Under the pieces are notes generated by a model. The model did no database searches. It was given only the letters and a program-made list of their open reading frames with translations, and was not told the origin of the DNA. A DNA stretch of 64,000 nucleotides from Actinomycetota bacterium (lineage in GTDB: Bacteria; Actinomycetota; AC-67), in assembly GCA_036397035.1 (NCBI GenBank), contig DASWJS010000015.1:2105-66104 (forward strand), read 5' to 3'. Both the position numbers and the translations under genes were made by a program. Shown piece by piece: positions 1-10,596 of the stretch (positions are counted from its first letter, which is position 1; each line of letters starts with the position of its first letter).

Positions 1-42
1 CGATCGACAGCGCGACGCCGATGCCAAGAGCCGTGGTCGCGC

Positions 43-519
43 TCATGACGCCGGTCTCAGCCTCGACAGGATGCGCCGCTCCGCGCGGGCCATCGCCAGC
101 TCCGAGGCCGCGTCGCGATGGTCGTTGCCGACGAGGTGCAAGACAGCATGGACCACGAGGTGGCGAAGCTCCGATCGCAGCGACCGGCCGAGCGCCCGCG
201 CCTGCCGCTCGGCAACGGCCGGACACACCACGACGTCGCCCAGCATCAGCGGCCCGGGGCCGGGGTCGGCGAGATCATCGATCGGGAACGATAGAACATC
301 GGTGGGCTCGTCGATCCCCAGCGCGTCCCGTTTGAGGCGTGCGATCTCGTCGGGATCGACGAGCGCGATGGACACGATCGCTTCGGCGGGGATCGAGAGC
401 GCGGCCATCGCGGTGCGCGCGGTCAGGACCAGGTCCTGCCCGTCGACCGGGACGCTCTGCCGGTCCTCCACCGCGACGGCGGGAGACCGGCCTCCAGGAT
501 CCTCAGGGTCTTGGCTCAT
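43..519 (-). CDS. ybeY: rRNA maturation endoribonuclease YbeY
   Basis: DEPTDVLSFP and HAVLHLVGNDH (H3XH5XH-type) motifs; directly downstream of phoH. Confidence 0.93.
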   Translation of the reverse strand: MSQDPEDPGGRSPAVAVEDRQSVPVDGQDLVLTARTAMAALSIPAEAIVSIALVDPDEIARLKRDALGIDEPTDVLSFPIDDLADPGPGPLMLGDVVVCPAVAERQARALGRSLRSELRHLVVHAVLHLVGNDHRDAASELAMARAERRILSRLRPAS

Positions 520-1478
520 CGTCCGTCATCGAATCGCCGGTACGCCTCGACGATCTCCTGCACGATCTTGTGCCGCACGACGTCCTTGGAATCCAGGAAC
601 ACGAACCGCACGCCGTCGATGTCGGTGAGGATCTCGCGCGCGGCGTTCAAGCCGGAGAACTGCCCGCTCGGCAGGTCGACCTGCGTGACGTCGCCGGTCA
701 CGACCACCGTCGAGCCGAACCCGAGCCGGGTGAGGAACATCTTCATCTGCTCGGGCGTGGTGTTCTGCGCCTCGTCCAGGATGATGAAGGCGTCGTTGAG
801 CGTCCGGCCGCGCATGTAGGCAAGGGGCGACAGCTCGATCGTGCCGCGCTGGACGAGGCTCGCCATCTTCTCGGCGTCCATCATGTCCATCAGCGCGTCG
901 TAGAGCGGGCGCATGTAGGGATCGATCTTCTCGTAGAGCGTCCCGGGCAGGAAGCCGAGCCGCTCGCCGGCCTCGACCGCCGGCCTGGTCAGGATCACGC
1001 GGGTCACCTGCTTAGCGGTCAGCGCGCGCACCGCCATCGCGACCGCCAGGTAGGTCTTGCCCGTGCCCGCGGGTCCGATGCCGAAGGTGATCGTGTTGGA
1101 GCGGATCGCGTCGACGTAATGCTTCTGCCCCGCCGTCTTCGGGCGCACGGCCTTGCCGCGATGAACGAGCGCCGCATCGGAGAACACCTCGGTCGGGCGT
1201 GCTTCGCCCGTCTTGACCATGTCGATCGAGCGCTCGAGCGCTTCCGCGGTGAGCGCCTGTTCGGCCTCCAGCAGCTCGATCATCTCCTCGAACAGGAAGG
1301 CGACCCGATTGGCTTCCTGCGGCTCGCCGTGGATGCGGATCTCGTTCCCGCGGACCAGGATCTGCGTGGCGAAGGACGATTCGATGAGCTTCAGCAACTC
1401 GTCCCGCTGCCCCAGGAGGCTCACCATCGCATGGTGCCCCGGAACGAGGATCTTCACTTCGGTCGAGCCGGATGCCAC
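516..1478 (-). CDS. phoH: PhoH family ATPase
   Basis: GPAGTGKT Walker A, LTRPAVEAGERLGFLPG, LDEAQN. Start moved to GTG 1478 (VASGSTEVKILVP); the ORF track start at 1592 is probably too long. Confidence 0.93.
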   Translation of the reverse strand: MASGSTEVKILVPGHHAMVSLLGQRDELLKLIESSFATQILVRGNEIRIHGEPQEANRVAFLFEEMIELLEAEQALTAEALERSIDMVKTGEARPTEVFSDAALVHRGKAVRPKTAGQKHYVDAIRSNTITFGIGPAGTGKTYLAVAMAVRALTAKQVTRVILTRPAVEAGERLGFLPGTLYEKIDPYMRPLYDALMDMMDAEKMASLVQRGTIELSPLAYMRGRTLNDAFIILDEAQNTTPEQMKMFLTRLGFGSTVVVTGDVTQVDLPSGQFSGLNAAREILTDIDGVRFVFLDSKDVVRHKIVQEIVEAYRRFDDGR

Positions 1479-1598
1479 GTGGTTGGTCGACCCTGCCTCC
1501 GCGCGCCGTCGGCGCCGCACCGTGGCTCCTCGATCGGGAGCCGCTCGGCCGTCGATTATATCGCCGTCGATCATCTGGAAGGTATCGTCCACCCCGCG

Positions 1599-1949
1599 TC
1601 AGCCGGTCGCGGCGATTCGTCCGAGCGGCGCGCCGCCGAGCAGGTGAAGGTGCAGGTGGAAGACGGCCTGGCCCGAGTCGGGCCCGACGTTGAACACCAG
1701 GCGGTATCCGCTCCGGTCGATACCCTCGGTCGCCGCGATCCCTTGCGCGGTCGTGACAAGCTCCGCGAGCATCGCGCCGTGCGCCTCGGTGACCTCGTCA
1801 ATGCCGGCGACGTGCTCCTTGGGCACGATCAGCACGTGGACCGGCGCCGCGGGCGCGACGTCCCGGAAGGCGTAGACGCGGCCGGCATCGAGCACGGTCG
1901 TGCTCGGGACGTCACCGGCGACGATCGAACAGAACAGGCAGTCGGTCAT
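1599..1949 (-). CDS. HIT (histidine triad) nucleotide-binding protein
   Basis: DCLFCSIV N-terminus, HVLIVPKEH, HLHLHLLGG triad. Confidence 0.93.
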   Translation of the reverse strand: MTDCLFCSIVAGDVPSTTVLDAGRVYAFRDVAPAAPVHVLIVPKEHVAGIDEVTEAHGAMLAELVTTAQGIAATEGIDRSGYRLVFNVGPDSGQAVFHLHLHLLGGAPLGRIAATG

Positions 1950-1961
1950 GCGGATGCGCGC

Positions 1962-2456
1962 TCAGCCTACGCGCGCGACGCGGACTCCCAAGTCGTCGAG
2001 GCGAGTGGTGAAGCCTTCGGGCGTCGTTTCGAACACCGCCGCGAGCGTGCGCACGTCGTCGCCGCGCACGGTCAGGATCTTGCCGTTGAAGTCGCCGCGC
2101 GCCATCTGGATCATCCCAACGTAGCGATCGAGGATGCGCAGCTCCGGCGAGTCGACCTCGCGCAGCTTGGTCAAGTCGATGCAGACGCTGCGGTCCGCCG
2201 CCGGGCGCTGGGCGGCGGCGCCGTCGATCTGCCGCGCGGTCGCCGGCAGGAGCTGATCGACCGGCACGCCGTAGAACGCGGCGAGTCGCTGCAGCCTCGG
2301 CACCGAGATGCTGCGCTCCCCCCGCTCGTAGGCGCCGAGTACCGAAGCCTTGAATTCCTTCCCGGACGATTCTTCGACGTCGTGGAGCGACAGCCCCTTC
2401 TGCAGCCTGATGCTGCGAAGGCGGTCACCCACCTGCTTGGCGTATTCCGAGTTCAA
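1962..2456 (-). CDS. bldD: BldD-family XRE transcriptional regulator
   Basis: N-terminus EYAKQVGDRLRSIRLQKGLSLHDVEE...GAYERGERS...LAAFYGVPVDQLLP closely follows Streptomyces BldD; C-terminal RGDFNGKILTVRGDD; TTG start with GGAGGA RBS. Confidence 0.85.
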   Translation of the reverse strand: MNSEYAKQVGDRLRSIRLQKGLSLHDVEESSGKEFKASVLGAYERGERSISVPRLQRLAAFYGVPVDQLLPATARQIDGAAAQRPAADRSVCIDLTKLREVDSPELRILDRYVGMIQMARGDFNGKILTVRGDDVRTLAAVFETTPEGFTTRLDDLGVRVARVG

Positions 2457-2506
2457 GGTTCTTGCTCCTCCCGAGTACGCAGGCGAACGTGATCCGAGAA
2501 CGAGGA

Positions 2507-2521
2507 CGCACCCTGCGTGGT
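2507..2521. promoter_or_regulatory. Candidate BldD box upstream of bldD
   Basis: CGCACCCTGCGTGGT matches 7 of 9 fixed positions of nTnACnC(A/T)GnGTnAn, with the core ACnCWGnGT intact. Confidence 0.35.
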
Positions 2522-2617
2522 TGGCCCGGGCCTATTTTCGCCCAATTTAGGGGCCGATGGCAAGAGCACGGAACACTTTCCGTGACTTGAGTCGCCCACG
2601 AATTGGCCGGCGATCCC

Positions 2618-3325
2618 CTAGCCGAGCCGCCCAATTCGAGCCATGACCAGGGCGGATGCCACGATGGCGGCCGTCTCGGCTCGCAGGATTGCAGCCCCCA
2701 GCCCGACCGAGACGCCACCGACGGCGGTCAGCCGCTCGACCTCCTCGGCGGTGAGCCCACCCTCGGGACCGATCACGATCCCGATGTCGGACCCCTCCAG
2801 TCGCACCGTTCTCAGGGGCACCTCGGCTCCCTCGTGGAACACCAGCATCAGTCCCGCCGCCTCGACGCCGTCGACCGGGTCCACGACGTCCGGAAGCCAC
2901 GCCCGCTTGGATTGCTTGGACGCCTCGCGCGCGACGGCTCGCAGCCGTTCGCCGTGGCGCGAGCGCTTGGCGGCGTCCCATCGCACGACCGTGCGCTCGG
3001 CGAACCAGGGCACGATCCGATCGACCCCGATCTCGGTCAGCTTCTGCACGACCAGCTCCAGCTTGCCCGAGGCGGGCACGGCCGGATGGACGACGACCCG
3101 CGGGACGGGAGCCGGCACGGTCGCGCGCGAGCGCACTTGGATCGCCACGGTCGAGCGCGGCTCGCCCGAGACGACTCCCTCGACGACCGAGCCGCGTCCG
3201 TCGGTCACCGTGACGGTCTCGCCGGCGCGCACGCGGAGCGCGCGTGCGGCGTGGCGCGCTTCCTGTCCGGTCAGCGTGATCGTGTCTCCCTCGACGCTCG
3301 GCGCGAGGAAGTGGTGCGCGGTCAC
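2618..3325 (-). CDS. rsmE: 16S rRNA m3U1498 methyltransferase RsmE
   Basis: [40 protein letters not shown]; follows dnaJ. Confidence 0.95.
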   Translation of the reverse strand: MTAHHFLAPSVEGDTITLTGQEARHAARALRVRAGETVTVTDGRGSVVEGVVSGEPRSTVAIQVRSRATVPAPVPRVVVHPAVPASGKLELVVQKLTEIGVDRIVPWFAERTVVRWDAAKRSRHGERLRAVAREASKQSKRAWLPDVVDPVDGVEAAGLMLVFHEGAEVPLRTVRLEGSDIGIVIGPEGGLTAEEVERLTAVGGVSVGLGAAILRAETAAIVASALVMARIGRLG

Positions 3326-4434
3326 TGGCCGCGGAAGGTTTCGCGGATGCGCCGGAAGATGCCCGGCTGCTCCCCGCCCACGACTTCGCCCCGCACCTCG
3401 GCGAGCCGCTCGAAAAGCGCCCGTTCCTCCTCACCGAGGCGCGTGGGAACCTCCACGCTGACGTGGACGAGCAGGTCCCCGCGGCCGCGGCCCTCGAGGC
3501 TCGGCATGCCTTCGCCGCGCAGCCGGATCACCGTACCGTGCTGGGTCCCGGGGTCGACGCGCAGCGTGCGCTCGCCGTCGAGCGTGGCGACCGGGAGCTC
3601 GGCGCCGAGCACGGCTTGCGTCAGCGGGACGGGAAGCTCGCAGACAAGATCGTCGCCCTGACGCGTGAACACGTCGTGCGGCTCGATCGCGATCGTGAGG
3701 TAGAGGTCGCCGCTCGCGCCGCCGCGAACGCCGGCTTCGCCCTGCCCGCGCAGCCGAAGCGTCATGCCGTCGGCGACGCCGGCCGGGACGTCGACGGTGA
3801 CGGATCGCTGCCGTCTCGTTCGGCCCGCGCCGCCGCACGTCGTGCACGGGCTCGACGGCGCCTCCCCGGCGCCGTCGCACACCGCGCACGGTCGCGAGGT
3901 CACCACCGTGCCCAGGATCGTCTGGCGCGTCGCGCGGATCTCACCCTGTCCGGCGCAGGGCGCGCACGTCGCGCGAAGCGTGCCCGGCTCGCAGCCGTCG
4001 CCCGCGCAGCGTTCGCACGGCTGCAAGGAGACCAGATCGAGGTCGAGCTTCTTGCCGCCGAACGCTTCCTCCAGCGTGAGCTGCGCGCGCACCCCGACGT
4101 CGTCGCCTCCGACCGCCGACGTCCGGCGCCGCGTTCGCGTCCTGCCGAAGGGCGAGCCACCGAAGAACGCGTCCATGATGTCGCCGAGGTCGCCGAAGCC
4201 GCCCATGTTCGCCACGCGCGGGTCGGCGTCGCCGTAGGTGTCGTAGCGCCGGCGAGCGTCCGGGTCGGAGAGCACGCGATAGGCCTCCGAGACCTGCTTG
4301 AAACGCTCCTCGGCGCGCGGGTCTTCCGGGTTGGCGTCCGGGTGCGACTGCCGGGCGAGCGTTCGGTAGGCCCGCTTGATGTCGTCCGCGCCCGCGTCGC
4401 GCGGCACCCCCAGGATCGCGTAGTAGTCGGCCAC
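3322..4434 (-). CDS. dnaJ: Chaperone DnaJ
   Basis: J domain with HPD, four CxxCxGxG zinc-finger repeats, C-terminal substrate domain. Confidence 0.97.
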   Translation of the reverse strand: MADYYAILGVPRDAGADDIKRAYRTLARQSHPDANPEDPRAEERFKQVSEAYRVLSDPDARRRYDTYGDADPRVANMGGFGDLGDIMDAFFGGSPFGRTRTRRRTSAVGGDDVGVRAQLTLEEAFGGKKLDLDLVSLQPCERCAGDGCEPGTLRATCAPCAGQGEIRATRQTILGTVVTSRPCAVCDGAGEAPSSPCTTCGGAGRTRRQRSVTVDVPAGVADGMTLRLRGQGEAGVRGGASGDLYLTIAIEPHDVFTRQGDDLVCELPVPLTQAVLGAELPVATLDGERTLRVDPGTQHGTVIRLRGEGMPSLEGRGRGDLLVHVSVEVPTRLGEEERALFERLAEVRGEVVGGEQPGIFRRIRETFRGQ

Positions 4435-4437
4435 GGT

Positions 4438-5454
4438 CTACTGACCGAGCGCTTCCTCGAGCATTCGCGCCATCGAATGCGCCGTCGAGATCACGCGCTC
4501 GTATCGCATGCGCATCGGCCCGATGATGCCGATCGACCCGGCCGTGCCGCCGCCGCCGAACGGCGCGACGATCACGCTCATCGAGCGCAGCCCCGCGTTC
4601 TCCAGCTCGGACCCGATCCGAACGCTGACCGAGTCCTGCAGGGCCGAGGTCAGCAGCTCCAGCACCGACGTTTGCCGCTCGAGCAGCTCGTACACGCTCC
4701 GCAGCTCGTCGCGCTCCAGGTCGCCCTCACCGGCCAGGTTCGCGGCCCCGCCGACGAAGACGTGCTGCTGCGAGTCCAGCAGCCCGTTCAAGCAGTCGGC
4801 GATCCCCAAGGTCAGCGCGTCGAGCGGCGGCGCCTGCTCGTCCGCGCGCCGGTCCAGCTCGCGGATCGCGCCCTCCAGCTCCCGGCCGTGCAGGTCGGCG
4901 TTGAGCGTCTCGCACGCCAGGTCCACCGAGGCTGGGTCGATGTCCCGGTCGAGCGGGATCGTGCGCTGCTCGACCCGGCCGTTCTCCGCGATCGCGACGG
5001 CCATCACGGCGCGGGACCCCATCGGGATCAGCTCGATCCGTCGCAACGTGGACGATCGCGCGCGCCGGGCGAGCACCGCGGCCGCGTGGTGCGTGTGGCG
5101 GCTGACCGCCTCGCCCGCGCGGCGCAGCAGCTCCTCCAGGTCGACGCTGTCGTCGCCGAGGTCCTCGGCGAGCGCGCGCTCGAGCCCTTCGCCGAGCCGG
5201 CGCGGCGCGCGCAGGAGGTCGACCACGTAGCGGTAGGCGATGTCCGTGGGCACGCGGCCGGCGCTCGTGTGGGGCTGAACGAGGTAGCCGAGGTCTTCGA
5301 GCCGCGCCATCTCGTTGCGCACCGTGGCCGCGGACACGCGCAGGTTCGACAGCTCGACGACGTGCTTGGACCCCACGGGCTCGCCGCTGCGGGTGTACTC
5401 CCTGACCACCACGCGCAGGATCGCGCCCTGCCGCTGGGTCAGCCTCTCTGCCAT
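4438..5454 (-). CDS. hrcA: Heat-inducible transcription repressor HrcA
   Basis: VSAATVRNEMARLEDLGYLVQPHTSAGRVPT; GIIGPMRMRY; upstream CIRCE. Confidence 0.96.
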   Translation of the reverse strand: MAERLTQRQGAILRVVVREYTRSGEPVGSKHVVELSNLRVSAATVRNEMARLEDLGYLVQPHTSAGRVPTDIAYRYVVDLLRAPRRLGEGLERALAEDLGDDSVDLEELLRRAGEAVSRHTHHAAAVLARRARSSTLRRIELIPMGSRAVMAVAIAENGRVEQRTIPLDRDIDPASVDLACETLNADLHGRELEGAIRELDRRADEQAPPLDALTLGIADCLNGLLDSQQHVFVGGAANLAGEGDLERDELRSVYELLERQTSVLELLTSALQDSVSVRIGSELENAGLRSMSVIVAPFGGGGTAGSIGIIGPMRMRYERVISTAHSMARMLEEALGQ

Positions 5455-5463
5455 GGGCGAAGG

Positions 5464-5490
5464 CTAGCACTCGCCCTATGTGAGTGCTAA
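5464..5490. promoter_or_regulatory. CIRCE operator (HrcA site)
   Basis: Minus strand TTAGCACTC-N9-GAGTGCTAG, 1 mismatch to the CIRCE consensus, 9 nt before the hrcA ATG. Confidence 0.95.
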
Positions 5491-6578
5491 GCACCGACGG
5501 TAGCTGCGATCAGCTCGCCCGTCACGACGTTCTCCAGCAGCTTGCCGCGCGTGGTCAGCGTGGCTCGGCTGCCGTCGAGGGCGAGCAGGCCCCGGCCGGC
5601 CAGGCGCTGCAGGACGGGCGTGACGTCGCGGTCGAGCCGCGCCGACAGCTCGGCGACGTCGATCGGGTCGAGCAGCCGGAGCCGCAGCGCCGCCCACTCC
5701 TCGGCCCGGGCGCGCGGTGCGAGGTGCTCCTCGCCCGCGCGGGCGCGCGCCGGGTCGCGCAGGTACGCCGGGAGCGACCGGACGTTCCACCACCGGTGGC
5801 CCGCGCGGTGCGAGTGCGCCCCGATGCCGAGCCCGAGGTAGTCGTCCTGGCGCCAGGCGCTGAGGTTGTGGCGGCACCGACGGCCGGGCAGCGACCAGTT
5901 CGAGATCTCGTACTGCTCGAAGCCCGCCTCGCCGAGCACGTCGATCGCGCGCTCGTAGCGATCCGCCAGCGCGTCCTCGTCGGGCGCCGGCATCCGGTCC
6001 GCCGCGACCGCTGCCCCGAACGCGGTGCGCTCCTCGATCGTGAGCGCGTAGCACGACACGTGGGTCGGGCGCAGCGCCACGGCCTCGCGCAGGGACGCCG
6101 TCCAGTCCTTGGCGGTCTCGCTCGGCCCCCCGTAGATCAGGTCGAGGTTTACGTCCTCGATCCCGGCCGAGCGCACGGCCTCCACCGCGGGCGCGATCGC
6201 CGCCGCGCGATGCGTGCGCCCGAGCCCGCGCAGCACGTGGTCGCCGAAGCTCTGCGCGCCGACCGAGACCCTGGTGACGCCCGCCGCCGCCCACGCGCGC
6301 GCGCGGCCGGGCGCGACCGATTCGGGATTGGCTTCGAGGCTCACCTCGGCCGCGCCGCCGGGGATCAGGCGAGCGAGCAGCGCGGGCGCGACGAAGCTCG
6401 GCGTGCCGCCGCCGAGGAAGACCGTTTCGTAGGTCGCCGTCCAGCGGAGCGCGTCGTGCTCGGCGAGCAGCGCCTCGACGTAGCGCTCGTGCTCGGGCTC
6501 GCGCCCGACCACGACCGCGAAGTCGCAGTAGGGACACAGCGCCGAGCAGAACGGCAGGTGGATGTAGAGCCCGGTCAC
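5487..6578 (-). CDS. hemW: Radical SAM heme chaperone HemW
   Basis: LYIHLPFCSALCPYCDF CxxxCxxC, TVFLGGGTPS, YEISNWS; between lepA and hrcA; GTG start at 6578. Confidence 0.93.
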   Translation of the reverse strand: MTGLYIHLPFCSALCPYCDFAVVVGREPEHERYVEALLAEHDALRWTATYETVFLGGGTPSFVAPALLARLIPGGAAEVSLEANPESVAPGRARAWAAAGVTRVSVGAQSFGDHVLRGLGRTHRAAAIAPAVEAVRSAGIEDVNLDLIYGGPSETAKDWTASLREAVALRPTHVSCYALTIEERTAFGAAVAADRMPAPDEDALADRYERAIDVLGEAGFEQYEISNWSLPGRRCRHNLSAWRQDDYLGLGIGAHSHRAGHRWWNVRSLPAYLRDPARARAGEEHLAPRARAEEWAALRLRLLDPIDVAELSARLDRDVTPVLQRLAGRGLLALDGSRATLTTRGKLLENVVTGELIAATVGA

Positions 6579-6624
6579 GCGCCTACCGTACGCTGCCGCT
6601 GCGGAACGAGTGAAGGAGCGGGCG

Positions 6625-7509
6625 ATGAGGGTCGCGATCGGCGGCTCGACCGGCTTTCTCGGCCGGCACCTGGCCGAGCGGCTGCGCGCGCGCGGCGACG
6701 AGGTGATCCCGCTCGTGCGCCCGTCGACGCGCGCGAGCGGCGTCGCCTGGGACCCCGTCGCCGGCACGCTCGACACCGCGGCGCTCGCCGGGGTCGACGC
6801 AGTCGTCAACCTCGCCGGGCACCCCGTCGGGCGCCGCTGGACGCGCGGCCAACGCGCGCGCATCTGGACGAGCCGCGTGGACGCGACCCGCGCGCTGTGC
6901 GCGTCCCTCGCCGCCATGCCGTCGCCGCCGGAGTTCGTGATCGGCGCCTCGGCGATCGGCTACTACGGCGAGCGCGGCACGACGATCCTGGACGAGTCGT
7001 CGCCGCCGGGATCGGGCTTCCTCGCCGGGGTGTGCCGGGCATGGGAAGCGGCGAACGCCCCCGCGCGCGCGGCCGGCATCGCGGTCGCCACCATCCGCAC
7101 CGGGATCGTGCTCGGGCTCGGCGGCGACTTGATGAAGCGGCTCCTGCCGATCTTCAAGCTCGGACTGGGCGGGCGGCTCGGCTCGGGCATGCACTACCAG
7201 TCCTGGATCAGCCTCGAGGACCACATGCGCGCGCTGTTGTTCCTGCTGGACGAGCGGCGCGCCGGCGCGTTCAACCTCACCGGCCCCGACCCGGTCACGA
7301 ACGCCGAGTTCACGCGCGCGCTCGCCGCGGTCCTGCGCCGCCCCGCCTTCCTGGCCGTCCCGGCGGTCGCGTTGCGCATCGTGCTCGGCAACGGCTTCGC
7401 GCGCGAGGTGACCTCCAGTCAGCGCGTGATGCCGCGCGCGCTGCTCGACGCCGGCTTCACCTTCGCGCACACCGAGGTCGGCGACGCCCTGCGCTGGGCC
7501 CTGTCCTAG
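6625..7509 (+). CDS. TIGR01777-family NAD-dependent epimerase/oxidoreductase
   Basis: [11 protein letters not shown] Rossmann motif, [22 protein letters not shown]; AAGGAG RBS before ATG 6625. Confidence 0.9.
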   Translation: MRVAIGGSTGFLGRHLAERLRARGDEVIPLVRPSTRASGVAWDPVAGTLDTAALAGVDAVVNLAGHPVGRRWTRGQRARIWTSRVDATRALCASLAAMPSPPEFVIGASAIGYYGERGTTILDESSPPGSGFLAGVCRAWEAANAPARAAGIAVATIRTGIVLGLGGDLMKRLLPIFKLGLGGRLGSGMHYQSWISLEDHMRALLFLLDERRAGAFNLTGPDPVTNAEFTRALAAVLRRPAFLAVPAVALRIVLGNGFAREVTSSQRVMPRALLDAGFTFAHTEVGDALRWALS

Positions 7510-9314
7510 TCTTCCGAGCCGACCTGGAGCGCCGCGATGAAAGCCTCCTGCGGAACCTCGACCGCGCCGATCTGCTTCATCCGCTTCTTGCCCTCCTTCT
7601 GCTTCTCCAGGAGTTTGCGCTTGCGCGTGATGTCGCCGCCGTAGCACTTGGCGATCACGTCCTTGCGTTTGGCCTTGATCGTCTCGCGCGCGATGATGCG
7701 CGAGCCGATCGCCGCCTGGACGGGCACGTCGAACATCTGCCGCGGGATCAGCTCGCGCAGCTTCGCCGTCATCGCGCGGCCGTAGACCTGCGCGCGCTCG
7801 CGGTGCACGATCGCGCTGAAGGCGTCGACCGGCTCGCCGTTCAGCATGATGTCGACCTTGACGAGCTGTGCGGGCTGGTAGCCGACCGGCTCGTAGTCCA
7901 GGGACGCGTAGCCGCGCGAGCGCGACTTCAACTGGTCGAAGAAGTCGAAGATGATCTCCGCGAGCGGCATGCGGTAGCGCAGCTCGACCCGCTCCTCGCC
8001 GATGTAGTGCATGCCGTCGAGCACGCCGCGCCGGCCCTGACACAGCTCCATCAGCGCGCCCACGTACTCCCTCGGCGTGAGCATCAGGACCGCGACTTGC
8101 GGCTCCTCGACGCTCGCGATGCGCGCCGCGTCCGGCATCTCCGAGGGGTTGTGCACGATCTCCTCGGACCCGTCGGTGAGGTGGACGCGGTAGGCGACGT
8201 TGGGAGCCGTGGTGACGAGCGTCAGGTCAAACTCGCGCTCGAGCCGCTCGCGCGTGATCTCCATGTGCAGCAGGCCCAGGAAGCCGACGCGGAACCCGAA
8301 GCCGAGCGCGCGCGAGGTCTCGGGCTCGAAGGTCAGCGCGGCGTCGTTCAACTGGAGCTTCTCGAGCGCCTCCCGCAGCGCCGGGTACTCGTCGCCGCTC
8401 ACCGGGAACAAGCCCGCGAAGACCATCGGGCGCGGCTCGCGATAGCCGTGGAGCGGCTCGGACGCCGGGCGTCCGGCGTCGGTGACGGTATCGCCGACCT
8501 TCGCCTCCCCGATCTCCTTGATGCCGCTGATGAGGTAGCCGACCTCGCCGGCGCCGAGCTGCCCCACGGGCGTGGCCGCGGGCGCGAGCACGCCGACCTC
8601 TTCCACGTCGTGCTGCGCGCCGGTCGCCATCATCGCGACGCGCCCGCGCGTCTGAAGCGCGCCGTCCACGACGCGGACGTAGGTCACGACGCCGCGATAG
8701 GCGTCGTAGGCGGAGTCGAAGATGAGCGCCCGCGCCGGCGCCGCCGGGTCGCCCGCCGGCGCCGGGACGCGCGCGACGACCGCCTCCAGCAGCTCGTCCA
8801 CGCCCTCGCCCGTCTTGCCACTGACGAACAGGATCTCGTCGTCGCTGCTGCCGAGCACGCGCTGGATCTCCTGCGCGACGCGTTCGGGCTGGGCGCTCGG
8901 CAAGTCGATCTTGTTCACGACCGGGATGACTTCCAGGTCCGCCTCGATCGCCAGGTGCAGGTTGGCGAGCGTCTGCGCCTCGATACCCTGGCTCGCGTCG
9001 ACCAGCAGCACGGCGCCCTCGCAGGCGGCCAGCGCGCGCGAGACCTCGTAGGTGAAGTCGACGTGGCCGGGGGTGTCGATCAGGTTGACGACGTAGTCGA
9101 GACCGTCCTTCGCCTTATACGCGAGCCGGACGGCGGCGGCCTTGATCGTGATGCCCCGCTCGCGCTCCAGGTCCATCTTGTCCAGGAACTGGTCGCGCAT
9201 CTCCCGGTCGGAGACCGCGCCGCACCGGACGAGGATCCGGTCGGCCAGCGTGGACTTCCCGTGGTCGATGTGGGCGCAGACGACGATGTTTCGAATGGCG
9301 CGGGGGTCGGTCAC
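7506..9314 (-). CDS. lepA: Elongation factor 4 LepA
   Basis: [22 protein letters not shown]-terminal [25 protein letters not shown]. Confidence 0.98.
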   Translation of the reverse strand: MTDPRAIRNIVVCAHIDHGKSTLADRILVRCGAVSDREMRDQFLDKMDLERERGITIKAAAVRLAYKAKDGLDYVVNLIDTPGHVDFTYEVSRALAACEGAVLLVDASQGIEAQTLANLHLAIEADLEVIPVVNKIDLPSAQPERVAQEIQRVLGSSDDEILFVSGKTGEGVDELLEAVVARVPAPAGDPAAPARALIFDSAYDAYRGVVTYVRVVDGALQTRGRVAMMATGAQHDVEEVGVLAPAATPVGQLGAGEVGYLISGIKEIGEAKVGDTVTDAGRPASEPLHGYREPRPMVFAGLFPVSGDEYPALREALEKLQLNDAALTFEPETSRALGFGFRVGFLGLLHMEITRERLEREFDLTLVTTAPNVAYRVHLTDGSEEIVHNPSEMPDAARIASVEEPQVAVLMLTPREYVGALMELCQGRRGVLDGMHYIGEERVELRYRMPLAEIIFDFFDQLKSRSRGYASLDYEPVGYQPAQLVKVDIMLNGEPVDAFSAIVHRERAQVYGRAMTAKLRELIPRQMFDVPVQAAIGSRIIARETIKAKRKDVIAKCYGGDITRKRKLLEKQKEGKKRMKQIGAVEVPQEAFIAALQVGSED

Positions 9315-9394
9315 GGCGTCAATCTACCTGCGGCGCAGTACCGGCGGGCGCGTTCGCCCGGGAGAGCGCGTGCTGATACCATCTGCCGCTGCTC

Positions 9395-9655
9395 ATGGCG
9401 AACATCAAGTCCCAGAAGAAGCGCATCCTGACCAACGAGGTGGCCAGGCAGCGCAACCAGGCCATCCGCTCGCGCCTGAAGTCCCACCGCCGCGTCTTCG
9501 CTGAGGCGCTCGAATCCGGCGACAAGGCCGCGGCCGAGGCGGCGCTGCGCCGGGCCCTGCGCGCCTACGACACGGCCGTGTCGGCGGGCGTGCTCCACCG
9601 GAACAACGCGGCCAACCACAAGGCGAAGCTCCAGCGGCAGTTCAACGCCGCGTAG
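9395..9655 (+). CDS. rpsT: 30S ribosomal protein S20
   Basis: MANIKSQKKRILTNE...GVLHRNNAANHK. Confidence 0.97.
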   Translation: MANIKSQKKRILTNEVARQRNQAIRSRLKSHRRVFAEALESGDKAAAEAALRRALRAYDTAVSAGVLHRNNAANHKAKLQRQFNAA

Positions 9656-10589
9656 CGCTCGCCTCTCTCCCACCACCAAGCTCCAGCACGAGCAGCTCAA
9701 CCACGAGCCGGTCGGGAAGCTCGTTGCCCCTGGCGCCGCCCTTGAGGGTGTCGTCGGCTCGGGCGAGCAGCTCGAACCCGCGCCGGACGTCCTCGGCGTC
9801 GAAGGCGCGCGCGTGCTTGCGCGCGCGGTTGAGGTATCCGACGCTCAGCCCAAGCTCCTTGGCCAGCGCTGCCGGCGGAGCGCCCGGCGTCTCGCGCACC
9901 GCGGCGAGCGCGCGGAACTGGTTCGCCAGCGTCGTCGTGAGCACGAGCGGGTGGGTGGCGCCGCTCGCCAAGAGCGCGTTGAGCCGGCGCAGCGCCGGTC
10001 CTGTGTCCCGCGCGAGCACCGACTCCAGGAACGAATAGAGCTGCGTGTCGTGCCCGCGGAACAGGCGCGTGACGTCGGCGACCCCGATCGCGCCGTTCGT
10101 CGACGTCGCGAGCTGTTCGGCTCGGCCGGCGAGGTCGCGCAGATCGGTGCCGACCGCCTCCACCAGCGCCGCCGCCGCATCGCGCTTGATGACCCGGCCG
10201 CCGGCCTTCAGGTAGCGCACGACCCACTCCGGCGTCTCCCACGGCTTCGGCGCCGCGACCTCGACGACGTCGGCGAGGCGCCCGAGCGCCTTCTTCAGCT
10301 TCGCGGACGCGCCGCAGACCAAGACGGCGGCGATGCCCTCGGGCGGGCGCTCGGCCCACGCGACGAGCCGGTCGGCTTCCCGTTCCAGCGCCGCCGCCTT
10401 CCCCCGCACGATCACCAGCCGGCCGTCGCCGAACATGGCGGGCGTGTCGAGCGCGTAGAACACCGCCTGGGCGTCCTCGGGGTCGGCCTCTTCGACGCCG
10501 AAGCCCTTCTTCTCCCATGCGGCCCGGACGCGCGTCACCTCGACGGAGGCGAGGAACTCGTCGCCGACGATCAGGGTGAGCTGCTTCAC
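9642..10589 (-). CDS. holA: DNA polymerase III delta subunit
   Basis: Position convergent with rpsT and downstream of comEC; LTLIVGDEFL, PAMFGDGRLVIV, C-terminal ADDTLKGG. Confidence 0.85.
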   Translation of the reverse strand: MKQLTLIVGDEFLASVEVTRVRAAWEKKGFGVEEADPEDAQAVFYALDTPAMFGDGRLVIVRGKAAALEREADRLVAWAERPPEGIAAVLVCGASAKLKKALGRLADVVEVAAPKPWETPEWVVRYLKAGGRVIKRDAAAALVEAVGTDLRDLAGRAEQLATSTNGAIGVADVTRLFRGHDTQLYSFLESVLARDTGPALRRLNALLASGATHPLVLTTTLANQFRALAAVRETPGAPPAALAKELGLSVGYLNRARKHARAFDAEDVRRGFELLARADDTLKGGARGNELPDRLVVELLVLELGGGREASATRR

Positions 10590-10596
10590 ACGGCGG

